39,704 bases of DNA from an uncultured Gammaproteobacteria bacterium (GCA_964591635.1 CAZQBA010000003.1:1-39704), one strand, 5' to 3'. Counted from the stretch's first letter, positions 1 to 9,408 are shown. Notes: a model not told the origin generated them from the sequence alone. Made by a program: numbers and translations.

Positions 1-338
1 CCGCCACCGCGCAGGTCATCTGCCTCAATCGTGATCTCTTCTTCAAAGGAGAGGCCCATCTCGCTCGCCACGAGCGCAGTCATCAATTTGGTGAGTGAGG
101 CCACGGGCTGTACCCGGTCCGCATCTTTGGAGAACAGTTCCTGGCCAGAAGCAGCATCGGCGACGACCGCGCTTTTTGCAGTCACGTCTATACCAACCGA
201 TTCTGGACGAATTCGATATGCGATGGGTGGCGGCGGAGGCACCCGCACTGCGGCCGGGGGTAAGCCCGAAGAAACGCTGGCCACGGTGGGAAGCGCCAGG
301 GCGAACAGGAATTGGAAAAAGGTGCCGAGGATGCTCAT
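1..338 (-). CDS. D-alanyl-D-alanine carboxypeptidase (peptidase S11 / PBP5-like), N-terminal part; gene runs off the window
   Basis: Not in the ORF track because there is no stop in the window. The ATG at 338 overlaps the scpB stop (ATGA). My translation is MSILGTFFQFLFALALPTVASVSS...SAVVADAASGQELFSKDADRVQPVASLTKLMTALVA. It has a signal-peptide-like N-terminus and the SxxK active-site motif in the S11-typical context ASLTKLMTA. Confidence 0.7.
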   Translation of the reverse strand, partial: MSILGTFFQFLFALALPTVASVSSGLPPAAVRVPPPPPIAYRIRPESVGIDVTAKSAVVADAASGQELFSKDADRVQPVASLTKLMTALVASEMGLSFEEEITIEADDLRGG

Positions 339-901
339 GCCTGGGTGGTTTCCTTGGGTTCAGCGGCCGCAGCAAGCATGTCGGTGACATGCGGGTGGGC
401 CGTAAGCTTGGCGTAATCCGGAAGCTCGCGCACCGAACCCACACCTAGGAATTTGAGAAAATCCATGCTCACCCGGTAGGTCGGCTGCATCAACTTCTTG
501 TCTTCTGCCACTTCCACTAAGCCGCGCATCAGGAGGTTGCGCAGAATGAGCGAACAGTTCACCCCACGGATCTGCTCAATCTCCGGTTTGGTGACGGGCC
601 CGCGGTAGGCAATGATGGTAAGCGTTTCTAAGGACGGCCGGGTCAGCTCACCGGTAGTTTCGTCTTTCAGGAAGGCCGCAACTGTATCCGCGGTTTCTGG
701 GCTGGAGACCAATTGAACCTGCTCGCCGTTCTGCAGCAAGACAACCCCTCCCGTGCGGCTGGCATACACGCCTGCAAGTTCTTCCACCGCCTCTGCCACC
801 TCTGCTTTTTTGACATCCAGAAACTGGGCCAGCTTGGTGTACGAGAGCGGTTTGGAAGAAACAAACAGGAGCGCTTCCAATGTTTGGATAAGCGGGGTCA
901 T
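335..901 (-). CDS. scpB: Segregation and condensation protein B (ScpB)
   Basis: 188 aa. EALLFVSSKPLS..LA, LTIIAYRGPVTKPEIEQIRGV and LLMRGLV are typical ScpB winged-helix repeats. The ATG overlaps the scpA stop (ATGA at 898-901). Confidence 0.9.
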   Translation of the reverse strand: MTPLIQTLEALLFVSSKPLSYTKLAQFLDVKKAEVAEAVEELAGVYASRTGGVVLLQNGEQVQLVSSPETADTVAAFLKDETTGELTRPSLETLTIIAYRGPVTKPEIEQIRGVNCSLILRNLLMRGLVEVAEDKKLMQPTYRVSMDFLKFLGVGSVRELPDYAKLTAHPHVTDMLAAAAEPKETTQA

Positions 902-1626
902 AGCGCCGTCACTTCAATCAACGGGGAGATCGGCACCTTGCCTTGTTCAATGGTCATGTCGGTAAACAGGCCGTCCTGGTCCACGCGGATGGACCCTTGC
1001 TTCATCAATTCCAGGATGGCCAAGAAGCTTACCACCACGTCGGCACTGGTCTTCGCTGAACGCAGGTACAAGCCAAAACTGACCCGCTTCTTTTCCCCTA
1101 AGAGCGTCCGCAGGTGGTGGATGCGCTCTTCAATGGAAACGGCCCGTTCAATGGCTGCCTTGGGCAGACGCACAATTGGTTCCAACGCGGAAATAATCTC
1201 CCGGAAGACCTCGGCCAATCGGTCGGGCGTGACCCCAACGGGTGGCGTAAAGACACCGGCCACCACCGGAGCCCGTTCCCGGCTAAAGGAAAACCGCTTG
1301 GCCTGCAACCGTTCCTCAATCCCCTTGCTCGCTTCCACATACTCCTTGTACATCCGGAGTTGTTCTTCCAACGAAATCCCCTCTTCCGCTTCAAGCGGCA
1401 GGCTCGGAACCAGGAGGCGCGACTTGATGTACAAGAGTTTGGCAGCGATCACCAAAAAATCGGCCAGCTCTTCCGGCGGGACGCGTGCGTGTTCCAGCTG
1501 CTCTACATATTGGTCTGTGACCTCGGCCAAGGAGACCTCAGTAATAGGCAACTCCTCGCGCTCAATAAGCTGTAAGAGGAGGTCGAGCGGCCCTTCAAAA
1601 CGTTCTATTTTGAATTGATGCGGCAT
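898..1626 (-). CDS. scpA: Segregation and condensation protein A (ScpA kleisin)
   Basis: 242 aa. FEGPLDLLLQLIEREELPITEVSLAEVTDQY is the canonical ScpA N-terminus. It lies directly upstream of scpB. Confidence 0.9.
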   Translation of the reverse strand: MPHQFKIERFEGPLDLLLQLIEREELPITEVSLAEVTDQYVEQLEHARVPPEELADFLVIAAKLLYIKSRLLVPSLPLEAEEGISLEEQLRMYKEYVEASKGIEERLQAKRFSFSRERAPVVAGVFTPPVGVTPDRLAEVFREIISALEPIVRLPKAAIERAVSIEERIHHLRTLLGEKKRVSFGLYLRSAKTSADVVVSFLAILELMKQGSIRVDQDGLFTDMTIEQGKVPISPLIEVTAL

Positions 1627-1628
1627 GG

Positions 1629-1949
1629 TTAGGATGCAAGGGGAAGATGCTGCTGTTCACCAGCCAAACGCTTGGCTAGACGCCGACCTTCCGGAGTCAA
1701 ACGAACGTCCTTAATATACCATTTTTCCGCGGTCCGAATGCCGAAGCCCACCAGGAACCCTTTCTCAATCAAACGCTCCATGGTTTTGGTAATGATCTTG
1801 ACGCGAAGTGTGGGTAGCACGCGGCTGTCTTTGGCGTAGAACCCGTCGAACAGGCGACGCGGTACTTTTCCGGAACGCGCCAATACTGTCTCCAAAATGA
1901 ACCGTTGGAGTTTTGAGAGCCGAATGTTAGGTGAAACGGATGTGGACAT
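1629..1949 (-). CDS. Small basic hypothetical protein, possible winged-helix DNA-binding fold
   Basis: 106 aa, ATG verified. The LSKLQRFILETV...MERLIEKGFL pattern looks like helix-turn-helix plus wing. It overlaps the aspS 3' end by 23 nt and sits 2 nt upstream of scpA. No family recognised. Confidence 0.55.
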   Translation of the reverse strand: MSTSVSPNIRLSKLQRFILETVLARSGKVPRRLFDGFYAKDSRVLPTLRVKIITKTMERLIEKGFLVGFGIRTAEKWYIKDVRLTPEGRRLAKRLAGEQQHLPLAS

Positions 1950-3312
1950 CAGTCAGGGCCTGATCGGGTACCGAAGCAGGGGCATCCATCATGAGGTCGC
2001 GCGCGTCCCCCGTCTTTGGCAACGGGATCACTTCGCGGATGTTTGGCTCGCCCGCAAGCAGCATCACCAAGCGATCAAAACCCCAAGCAATGCCGCCGTG
2101 CGGCGGTGCACCAAAGGCAAAGGCCTCGAACATGTGGCCGAACTGGGCATCGATATCCGCGTCTGACATACCCATGATTTCGAGCACTCGACGCAGAGCG
2201 TCTGGCTGGTGGTTGCGGATGGAACCGCCGGCGATTTCATAGCCATTCAGGACCACGTCATATTGGGTGGTGAGAATCTGGTCGATAGACGTTTTGCCCA
2301 TAAGCCAAGCCTGGTGCTCCGGCTTGGGGGCGCTGAACGGGTTGTGTGTGAACGTCCACCCTCCGTCGTCGGTCTTCTCAAAAAACGGGAAGTCCACCAC
2401 CCAACAGAAGGCGAGCAGGTTTGGGTCGTTCTTGTCTTCGCGGATATCCGGGCGGTCCGTGCCGTACTTTTCCATGGCCTCGGCATAGGAAATGCGCGGG
2501 AAGGGAACGCTTTGGATGCGTTTCTCCGGAGCCAGCGCTTTGACGAGCGCAATCAACAATTCTTCGTTCAAACGCATCACATCCTCGCGCTCAACAAAGC
2601 TCATTTCCATATCGAGCTGGGTGAACTCCGGCTGGCGATCTCCGCGCTGGTCTTCGTCCCGGAAGCAGCGGGCGAACTGGAAGTAGCGCTCGAGCCCGGC
2701 CACCATGAGGAGTTGCTTGAATTGCTGGGGCGACTGTGGCAAGGCGTAGGCCTGCTTGGGATGGACGCGTGACGGCACCAAGAATTCGCGGGCCCCTTCC
2801 GGTGTGCCGCGCGTCAGATACGGCGTGTCGATGTCCAAAAAGTCCTGGCCATGAAGCCAATCGCGGCAAAAGGCCATCATCCGGTCGCGCAGCATGATAT
2901 TTTTCTGCATCCGCTCGGTCCGCAAGTCCAGGTAGCGGTACTTCAAGCGTAACTCTTCGTTGATACCACGCGTATCCTTATCGAGCTCAAACGGCGGTGT
3001 CTTGGCCGTGTTCAAAATTTCCAAGCTCAACGCTTCCACTTCCACTGTGCCCGTAGGACTGTTTTCGTTCACCTGCTTGGCCGGCCGGGCATTGACCTTC
3101 CCAATAATTTTCACGACAAATTCGCTCCGGAGCTCACCGGCCTGGGCAACCAACTCCTTGTTCTCTGGGGTGAACACGACCTGTACCAAACCGCTCCGGT
3201 CGCGCAGGTCAATAAAGATGAGTTTGCCCATGTCACGACGCACGTGGACCCATCCCGCGAGCTCCACATCTCTGCCAACGTTGGCTACGGTGTCTTTAAT
3301 CCAAATACGCAT
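1927..3312 (-). CDS. aspS: Aspartyl-tRNA synthetase, bacterial-type core without the GAD insertion domain
   Basis: Motifs ALPQSPQQFKQLLMVAG, FRDEDQRGDRQPEFTQLDMEMSF and GGIAWGFDRLVMLLAGEPNIREVIPLPKT. The track ORF (to 3462) overlaps asnS. I chose the ATG at 3312 (MRIWIKDTVANVGR...), which lies 2 nt after the asnS stop. 461 aa. Confidence 0.9.
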   Translation of the reverse strand: MRIWIKDTVANVGRDVELAGWVHVRRDMGKLIFIDLRDRSGLVQVVFTPENKELVAQAGELRSEFVVKIIGKVNARPAKQVNENSPTGTVEVEALSLEILNTAKTPPFELDKDTRGINEELRLKYRYLDLRTERMQKNIMLRDRMMAFCRDWLHGQDFLDIDTPYLTRGTPEGAREFLVPSRVHPKQAYALPQSPQQFKQLLMVAGLERYFQFARCFRDEDQRGDRQPEFTQLDMEMSFVEREDVMRLNEELLIALVKALAPEKRIQSVPFPRISYAEAMEKYGTDRPDIREDKNDPNLLAFCWVVDFPFFEKTDDGGWTFTHNPFSAPKPEHQAWLMGKTSIDQILTTQYDVVLNGYEIAGGSIRNHQPDALRRVLEIMGMSDADIDAQFGHMFEAFAFGAPPHGGIAWGFDRLVMLLAGEPNIREVIPLPKTGDARDLMMDAPASVPDQALTDVHIRFT

Positions 3313-3314
3313 AG

Positions 3315-4610
3315 TTACGGGGTCAGACGGTTCAAGAGTCGGGGGAATGGGATAGTCTCGCGCACATGCTCCAAGCCGCAGATCCAAGCCACGCTGCGCT
3401 CCAAGCCAATGCCGAAGCCGGCATGCGGCACCGATCCATAGCGGCGGATATCGAGATACCACTCAAACGCTTCTTTGGGGAGCTTGTGTTCGGCAATGCG
3501 TTGTTCCAAGAGTGCCAGGTCATCAATGCGCTGGCTGCCGCCAATCACTTCGCCGTATCCTTCCGGAGCCAAAAGGTCGTTATTCAGCACATGGTCCGGT
3601 TCGTCCGGGTCCGGCTTCATGTAGAAGGCTTTGATAGCGGCCGGGTAGTGGTGGATGAAAATCGGACGGTCGTACTGCTTGGTCAAAAGCGTCTCGTCGT
3701 CGCCACCAAAGTCGTCTCCCATTTTGATGTCGGAGCCGAGTTTTTGGAGCTGGGTAATGGCGTCTTTGTAATGGATGCGGGGGAAATTGCCCTCAGTGCT
3801 TTTTTGGAGTGTGGTGGTGTCACGCTCCAGGGTTTTCAAGTCATCCGCCCGTCGCTCCAAGACGCGCTTCAAGATAAAAACCATCATGTCTTCCTGGAGT
3901 TGGATGTTCGCCTGCCAGTCCATGAATGCCGCCTCCGCTTCCAACATCCAAAACTCCGTGAGGTGGCGGCGCGTCTTGGATTTTTCCGAACGGAATGTCG
4001 GACCAAAACAATAGGTCTTGCCCAAGGCCGCGCTCGTCGCTTCCAGGTAGAGCTGCCCGGATTGCGACAGGTAGGCCACGTCATCGAAGTACTTCACCTC
4101 AAACAAATCTGTGGTGCCCTCGACCGCGTTCGGAGTGAAGATCGGCGAGTCCGTATTCACAAACCCACGTTCATAAAAGAAGGAACGGAGCGCGAAGGCA
4201 ATTTCGTTACGGATGCGCAGGATGGCTTCCTGGCGCGGGGAACGGATCCAGAGGTGGCGGTTGTTGAGGAGGAAATCGGGGCCATGGTCTTTTTTGCCAA
4301 TCGGGTACTCAGCTGCAACGGCGATGACCTCGACCCCCATGCCCTGGAGTTCCACTCCGGACGGCGAGCGCGGTTCGGCCTTCACCACTCCGGTTACGGC
4401 TACTGAAGATTCAATGGTCAGTCGCTGTAAATCAGTCCAAACATGCTCCGGCACGTCTGCCTTGGAATAGACCACCTGGATACGGCCGCTGCCGTCCCGC
4501 AACTGCAAAAAGAAGATGCTTCCGGACGACCGGAAGTTGTAGACCCACCCCTGCAGCACGACGTTTTCTCCTACCTGTTTTCCTGCCTCGGAGACCAATA
4601 ATTCAGCCAT
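3315..4610 (-). CDS. asnS: Asparaginyl-tRNA synthetase
   Basis: 431 aa. LWIRSPRQEAILRIRNE, YLSQSGQLYLE, FGPTFRSEKSKTRRHLTEFWMLEAE and GFGIGLERSVAWICG are class IIb AsnRS signatures. Confidence 0.9.
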   Translation of the reverse strand: MAELLVSEAGKQVGENVVLQGWVYNFRSSGSIFFLQLRDGSGRIQVVYSKADVPEHVWTDLQRLTIESSVAVTGVVKAEPRSPSGVELQGMGVEVIAVAAEYPIGKKDHGPDFLLNNRHLWIRSPRQEAILRIRNEIAFALRSFFYERGFVNTDSPIFTPNAVEGTTDLFEVKYFDDVAYLSQSGQLYLEATSAALGKTYCFGPTFRSEKSKTRRHLTEFWMLEAEAAFMDWQANIQLQEDMMVFILKRVLERRADDLKTLERDTTTLQKSTEGNFPRIHYKDAITQLQKLGSDIKMGDDFGGDDETLLTKQYDRPIFIHHYPAAIKAFYMKPDPDEPDHVLNNDLLAPEGYGEVIGGSQRIDDLALLEQRIAEHKLPKEAFEWYLDIRRYGSVPHAGFGIGLERSVAWICGLEHVRETIPFPRLLNRLTP

Positions 4611-4633
4611 ATTTCATGAAATTCAGCCTCACT

Positions 4634-4662
4634 ATGGTACGGGTCTGGCCTTGGGATGGCAA
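4634..4662 (-). promoter_or_regulatory. Sigma70-like promoter candidate upstream of asnS
   Basis: Minus strand reads TTGCCA-17 nt-TACCAT in the 57-nt gap between the Wzy-like stop and the asnS ATG. Found by eye only. Confidence 0.3.
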
Positions 4663-4667
4663 GCGGC

Positions 4668-6701
4668 TTATTCCCCGTCCGGACGTGCCCCGCGCACCCG
4701 CTCGACGAAGGCGGGGTCTGTATCCCCCACCATCTCTACGACCTCGGCAAGTTCAGCTGCACCCAAAAAACGGTAATACGATTTTACCATCGGCAAAAAA
4801 TGATGGACTTCGGCAGACTCACCCCGCATGTGTGCAATCCGCGCTTGCAGCCACCACCACTCTGCTTCTCGTTCCAGAGCAAAAACCGGCGCGCGCAACA
4901 TGTCGGCAGCGGCTTCTGGTTTGTGTCGGGCCAGAGCAAGGCGCGCCAAAGTGTACCGGATTTGCGGACGCCCCGGTGAACGTTCCAAAGCCGGTAGAAG
5001 TATCTCCCATCCCCGCTCCCACAATATAGGATCCTCTTCGCCCAAAGTCAGTGCCAGTTGCGCAAAGGAAAGCCGATCGATCACATCTTGCGGACGATCC
5101 TGCATGTTCTGCTCCCACTGACGCAAGGACCAAGCGTACGCCACGCCTGCATCGGGTGGATGGATGGCGTCCACGACTTCGGCTACCTCCTTGGCGGTAT
5201 AAAACCGCAACTCAGGACGATAGAGCGGCGACAACTGGAAAGCAGTATCATACAACACAATGGCCCGTTGCACCTGACCGGTATACAACAAGCGTGTGGC
5301 CCGTATCACTGCAATATTAGCTTGGGCAGGAATCAACACAAAAAAGAAAGCGGCGACGATAGCCCCGCCCACCGCCAGTCCACTCGCAATCCATACAAAC
5401 ACGGACGTGTAAACGCTTCCTTCCCGGGTACTCCAGCGAGGTGTTTGTACCGCATAAGTTGCGAACAGAAAAAAAAGCATGTGCGGGCCGAATGTCTGAG
5501 GAGACAGTTGGTGGGTCGCAAGATAGGCCACGGACCCCCCTACCCAAGCAGCTGACGGCCAGAGATGACCATCCCGCACCGAACGCACCGCCCCCCAACC
5601 GACCATCCCTAAAAGCACCACATACGCTAGGGCGCCCAGCAGGCCAGAAGAGAGCAAAACATCGAGCGTCAGGTTATGCGATTGATCGGACCAACGCGCG
5701 TCCTGCAAAAAAATGTAGTCGACGGAACGATAGTGTTTGTTGAAAAGGGAGAAAAACTGCTCTGCGCCAACACCGAAGTACGGCTGGAGCTGGATCCCCT
5801 GCCAGGCTGCACGACCCAAAAGAACGCGATCGTACAAACCACTCTCCCACAGACGGGTTATTATCTGCCCGCCCCGCGCGGTAACACCGAACAGAACACC
5901 AACCGCGAGTATGGCGACCACCACCAGAGCCCCAGTCGCACCCCATAGGTACTTGCTATACCAACGCCCCCGCGTACCCCACAGGAAGACCAAAAAAACA
6001 GCACTGCTGCCTGCGACCAGACCCAACAGACCAGCCCGACTATCCGTCAAAAAAAGTGCGGTCAGAATACAGGCGACTGCCACGCAGAGGCCTGCAGTCA
6101 AAGCAGGCCTGCGCCGAGAAACGGGTACAAATGGCAGGGCAAAAAATGGAGCGCAGGCTAGATAGGCCGCCAGAATGTTGGCATTCCCTGTGGTCGCCCA
6201 AATCCGGCGATGGAGTTCGGTGGATAGGAACCCGCCAAACTGCCATTCCCAAAAACCCATGATGGATAAAATCACCGCAATGCCCAACATCCACCCAGAA
6301 AACACACGACGCTCGCTTGGCGACCGGAAGGCCAGGGCAACGAACCCGCCCCACGCAGCAGCATGGAGCCAGCCAGCCGCGCCCAGCATCCGCTCAGCTG
6401 TAGAGAACCAGGCACGCAGCGGGTTCTCCGCATACGTAGCGGCTATGGCCATGGCTCCCAGAAAAAAAAGGAACGGAAGAAACCGCTTCCACTCCAAGCG
6501 ACGTTCGGGATACCAGCACCAAACCAGGACAGCCACTGGCAGCGACAACTCAACTACCAAAGAAAAAAACCAAGCCTTGGGTGTGACAAACGGAAACAGG
6601 ACGTGGACGGAATACAAAAAAATACAGAGAGGAGCAGTCAGTAGCAACCCCTGCAATCCCCGCAAGGCCAGTCGCCGATAGATAAGCCCGACAGCCTCCA
6701 T
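4668..6701 (-). CDS. O-antigen ligase/Wzy-like polytopic membrane protein with a helical-repeat (TPR-like) C-terminal domain
   Basis: 677 aa with more than 10 hydrophobic segments. The central TDSRAGLLGLVAGS motif resembles the Wzy_C/O-antigen-ligase loop. The last roughly 230 aa are soluble and helical. Confidence 0.6.
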   Translation of the reverse strand: MEAVGLIYRRLALRGLQGLLLTAPLCIFLYSVHVLFPFVTPKAWFFSLVVELSLPVAVLVWCWYPERRLEWKRFLPFLFFLGAMAIAATYAENPLRAWFSTAERMLGAAGWLHAAAWGGFVALAFRSPSERRVFSGWMLGIAVILSIMGFWEWQFGGFLSTELHRRIWATTGNANILAAYLACAPFFALPFVPVSRRRPALTAGLCVAVACILTALFLTDSRAGLLGLVAGSSAVFLVFLWGTRGRWYSKYLWGATGALVVVAILAVGVLFGVTARGGQIITRLWESGLYDRVLLGRAAWQGIQLQPYFGVGAEQFFSLFNKHYRSVDYIFLQDARWSDQSHNLTLDVLLSSGLLGALAYVVLLGMVGWGAVRSVRDGHLWPSAAWVGGSVAYLATHQLSPQTFGPHMLFFLFATYAVQTPRWSTREGSVYTSVFVWIASGLAVGGAIVAAFFFVLIPAQANIAVIRATRLLYTGQVQRAIVLYDTAFQLSPLYRPELRFYTAKEVAEVVDAIHPPDAGVAYAWSLRQWEQNMQDRPQDVIDRLSFAQLALTLGEEDPILWERGWEILLPALERSPGRPQIRYTLARLALARHKPEAAADMLRAPVFALEREAEWWWLQARIAHMRGESAEVHHFLPMVKSYYRFLGAAELAEVVEMVGDTDPAFVERVRGARPDGE

Positions 6702-6709
6702 ACCAGCTG

Positions 6710-7516
6710 TCAGGCCACGACTCGTTCCCGGTGTACAAGCGGTGGCTGGCGCGTATCAGCAAACAAGCGGGCCAGCATATCCACATTCCCGAATGCTCCC
6801 AACTGCACGAATAAGGTAGCTGCCACGGCAGCGCGCACTTGTTCTTGGTTAGTGGCCAAACTCAGGACCGGGGGTAAACAGCGCATGGGTAGATCAACGA
6901 CCGCTCGAACCCAACGCACGGCATCCAATGAGAGTTGGAAGGCGTCCCCTGCGCTCACGCAACGCGGACACCACAAGCCGCTGCCATCCGTAGGCATGCC
7001 CCACACACCCATCACTTCGGAGCTGGATGGACGCCCACAAGAAGAACAGGCGGCGAACGACGGGAAGACGCCCAGGACCGAGGCGCACTTCCAGACAAAC
7101 CGATCTCGCAAGGCAAGGCGACTGGCCCGATCTGTCAGGTCTTCTGCCGCAGCCAGGGCTTCCCGTACCAACGGGAACAGTAGGCGGTCTGCCGCGTCCA
7201 AGCGCAAGATGCTATCAACAAACCCCAAAAGCGTGAGGGCAAACACCCGGGCTGCCGGATCGCGTGTGGCCTTGGGAAACGGCTCCATCCGTACCGCGCT
7301 CGTCACATGGGCATAGGCCCGACCGGCCACGCCATGCAACGCCACCACCCCCACCGGTTCCAAGGCACCGGCCAATTTACTGGTCACTTTCCGGCTGCCG
7401 CGCGCCAGCAATTCCATCTTGCCGCCGGCTGGCGTCAGGACCCGGTATACCCGGTCGGTTTCCCGGTGCGGCCGGTAGCCCAAGACAATTCCAACCGTTT
7501 CAAAATACCCGTTCAT
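6710..7516 (-). CDS. recO: DNA repair protein RecO
   Basis: 268 aa. OB-fold N-terminus (GIVLGYRPHRETDRVYRVLTPAGGKMELLARGSRK) and a Cys4 zinc site (CSSCG...CPRC). Confidence 0.8.
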   Translation of the reverse strand: MNGYFETVGIVLGYRPHRETDRVYRVLTPAGGKMELLARGSRKVTSKLAGALEPVGVVALHGVAGRAYAHVTSAVRMEPFPKATRDPAARVFALTLLGFVDSILRLDAADRLLFPLVREALAAAEDLTDRASRLALRDRFVWKCASVLGVFPSFAACSSCGRPSSSEVMGVWGMPTDGSGLWCPRCVSAGDAFQLSLDAVRWVRAVVDLPMRCLPPVLSLATNQEQVRAAVAATLFVQLGAFGNVDMLARLFADTRQPPLVHRERVVA

Positions 7517-7920
7517 ACCGTGCGGTCATGCCGAGCGCGATCCAAATAATTTTGCAAAATAGCGGCAGCGGCCAAGGCATCCCGGGAAGCGGAAGCGCCT
7601 GCCATACGGGAACGGTCTGCCAGCCGGGAACTCATGCGCTCATCTTCCAGGTAGATCGGCACATCCACCGCCTCGCGCACATCTGCCACAAACTCATCAA
7701 TCAGGTGAGCCATGTGGGCCTGCGTACCGCGCAAGGTGGTCGGGTACCCAACCACGACAGCACCAATCCCCTCTTCCTCCACGGTCTTCGCCAACAGACC
7801 CACTAAAAGATCACGCGTCCCATGCGTGAATACCTTCCAAGGGCCCGCCACGCCACTCTCGTCATCCCCAAGCGCCAGGCCGACTCGGGCTGTTCCATAA
7901 TCAATGCCCAGGTACCTCAT
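7513..7920 (-). CDS. ruvX: Holliday-junction resolvase-like nuclease RuvX/YqgF
   Basis: 135 aa. MRYLGIDYGTARVGLALGD is the YqgF N-terminus, with a DERMSS motif near the C-terminus. 4-nt overlaps with both map and recO. Confidence 0.85.
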   Translation of the reverse strand: MRYLGIDYGTARVGLALGDDESGVAGPWKVFTHGTRDLLVGLLAKTVEEEGIGAVVVGYPTTLRGTQAHMAHLIDEFVADVREAVDVPIYLEDERMSSRLADRSRMAGASASRDALAAAAILQNYLDRARHDRTV

Positions 7921-8696
7921 ACCGGCAGCGGAGTGATAATGTCGTAGCCTGCCTCCGTCACAATGACCGTCAATTCAAAGTGTGCCGAACGGGAACCGTC
8001 GGTCGTTACCACCGTCCAGTGATCGGCGGCCGTATCCACCTGCCAATCACCGGCCGTGACCATGGGTTCCACGCACAACGCCATCCCGGCTTGAAGAGTG
8101 ACCGGCTTCAAAGCGCGGTCCACATAATTCGGAATGTGCGGCGGCTCATGCAGGTCTTTGCCAATGCCGTGCCCGACGAGTGCCCGCACCACGCCAAAAC
8201 CGTTCTCCTCCACATATGCTTGTACGGCCCGACCAATATCCACCACCTGCTTGCCTGGGGCAATTTCGGCAATGCCGCGCATCAGAGCTTCCCGCGTCAC
8301 GGCTATGAGCCGGCGAGATTCCTTGTCCACCTCGCCCACCGGAACCGTCACCGCCATGTCCGTGCAATATCCTTCAAACCGGACACCAATGTCGAGACCG
8401 ATCATGTCGCCCGCGTTGAGCGTGCGTGCAGGCACAGCTGGCGCATGGACCACTTCGTGGTTAATGGAGGTGCAGAGGGTGGAAGGAAAGGGTGGTTCAT
8501 CGCCCCGGGCCCGGTATCCAAGAAAAGACGGCTCGCCGCCACCCTTTCGCATCACTGCAGTGGCAATTGCATCCAGTTCCGCCGTGGTCACCCCCGGACG
8601 GACCGCGGCCACCACGGCAGCCAGGGCTTGGGATAACAAAGCACCGCCCGCCCGCAAGGTGGCAATTTCTTCGGGTGTTTTAATAAGGGTGGCCAT
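7917..8696 (-). CDS. map: Methionine aminopeptidase type I
   Basis: 259 aa. Metal ligand contexts are DIGVRFEGYCTDMA, GHGIGKDLHE and EPMV. It occupies the usual position after adk. Confidence 0.9.
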   Translation of the reverse strand: MATLIKTPEEIATLRAGGALLSQALAAVVAAVRPGVTTAELDAIATAVMRKGGGEPSFLGYRARGDEPPFPSTLCTSINHEVVHAPAVPARTLNAGDMIGLDIGVRFEGYCTDMAVTVPVGEVDKESRRLIAVTREALMRGIAEIAPGKQVVDIGRAVQAYVEENGFGVVRALVGHGIGKDLHEPPHIPNYVDRALKPVTLQAGMALCVEPMVTAGDWQVDTAADHWTVVTTDGSRSAHFELTVIVTEAGYDIITPLPV

Positions 8697-8704
8697 GCGA
8701 GTTC

Positions 8705-9340
8705 TTATGAAGTGTGCTTACGAACTGCTTGCCAGACATCTGCGGCAACCGCGTCAATTTCCTGCGTTCCATTGATCGTCACTAACCGCTTGCGTCGACG
8801 GTAGTAGTCAATCACCGGTTCCGTGGAGTCATGGTAAATGGCAATGCGTTTTTTAATGGTCGCCGGCCGGTCATCGGCTCGCTGGATGAGTTTGCCGCCA
8901 CACCGGCAATGCTTGGCACCCGCCGCCAGCATGGTGGCGTGGTAGATTTTGCCGCAGCGGTCGCAGATCCAACGGCCAGACAACCGATGCAGTGCTTCGG
9001 CATCACTAATATGGACGTTGATGACGACAGCCGGCGGCCGGAAGTCTGCCAAGAAGTGGGCCTGGCCCAAGGTGCGCGGGTATCCGTCCAAAATCACGCT
9101 CCGTTCCCCACGGTGCATGAGGGCGAAACGGAGCATGACGCTCGTCACGTCATCTGGCACCAAGTGCCCTTTGGCCACGAACGGTGCAGCCAATTTCCCG
9201 AACTGGGTACCAGCCGCAATCTGCTCGCGAAACAAGGAACCAATGGAGAATGTCTGGACCCGTAAGCGACGGGCCAGGAGCTCGGCCTGGGTGCCTTTAC
9301 CCGAGCCTTGGACGCCTAAAAGGACAATGGTATGCGGCAT
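8705..9340 (-). CDS. adk: Adenylate kinase (zinc-lid form)
   Basis: 211 aa. P-loop GVQGSGKGTQ, DGYPRT, and lid CDRCG...CRCGG. Confidence 0.9.
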   Translation of the reverse strand: MPHTIVLLGVQGSGKGTQAELLARRLRVQTFSIGSLFREQIAAGTQFGKLAAPFVAKGHLVPDDVTSVMLRFALMHRGERSVILDGYPRTLGQAHFLADFRPPAVVINVHISDAEALHRLSGRWICDRCGKIYHATMLAAGAKHCRCGGKLIQRADDRPATIKKRIAIYHDSTEPVIDYYRRRKRLVTINGTQEIDAVAADVWQAVRKHTS

Positions 9341-9345
9341 GGTGG

Positions 9346-9376
9346 AAGAAACAAAAGATCCGGGATTTCCCGGATC
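9346..9376 (-). terminator. Intrinsic terminator or attenuator-like hairpin between secY and adk
   Basis: Minus-strand RNA is GAUCCGGG-AAAU-CCCGGAUC, a perfect 8-bp stem at 9357-9376. It is followed by UUUUGUUUCUU, 30 nt after the secY stop. Confidence 0.5.
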
Positions 9377-9408
9377 AGGGTAACACGCAGGAGTGCCGGA
9401 GACAACGC

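Noticed and set aside
3313-3462. N-terminal extensions of track ORFs that overlap the preceding gene (aspS to 3462, rplX to 14315, rpmC to 15143, rpsJ to 20222, rpsL to 24883, rplO to 11182, rpsN to 13329, rplC to 19482, helicase to 30553, 460-aa orphan to 37206)
   Set aside because: In each case an internal ATG a few nt after the upstream stop gives the conserved family N-terminus. The extensions are non-homologous, overlap neighbouring coding sequence, or start at non-ATG codons.
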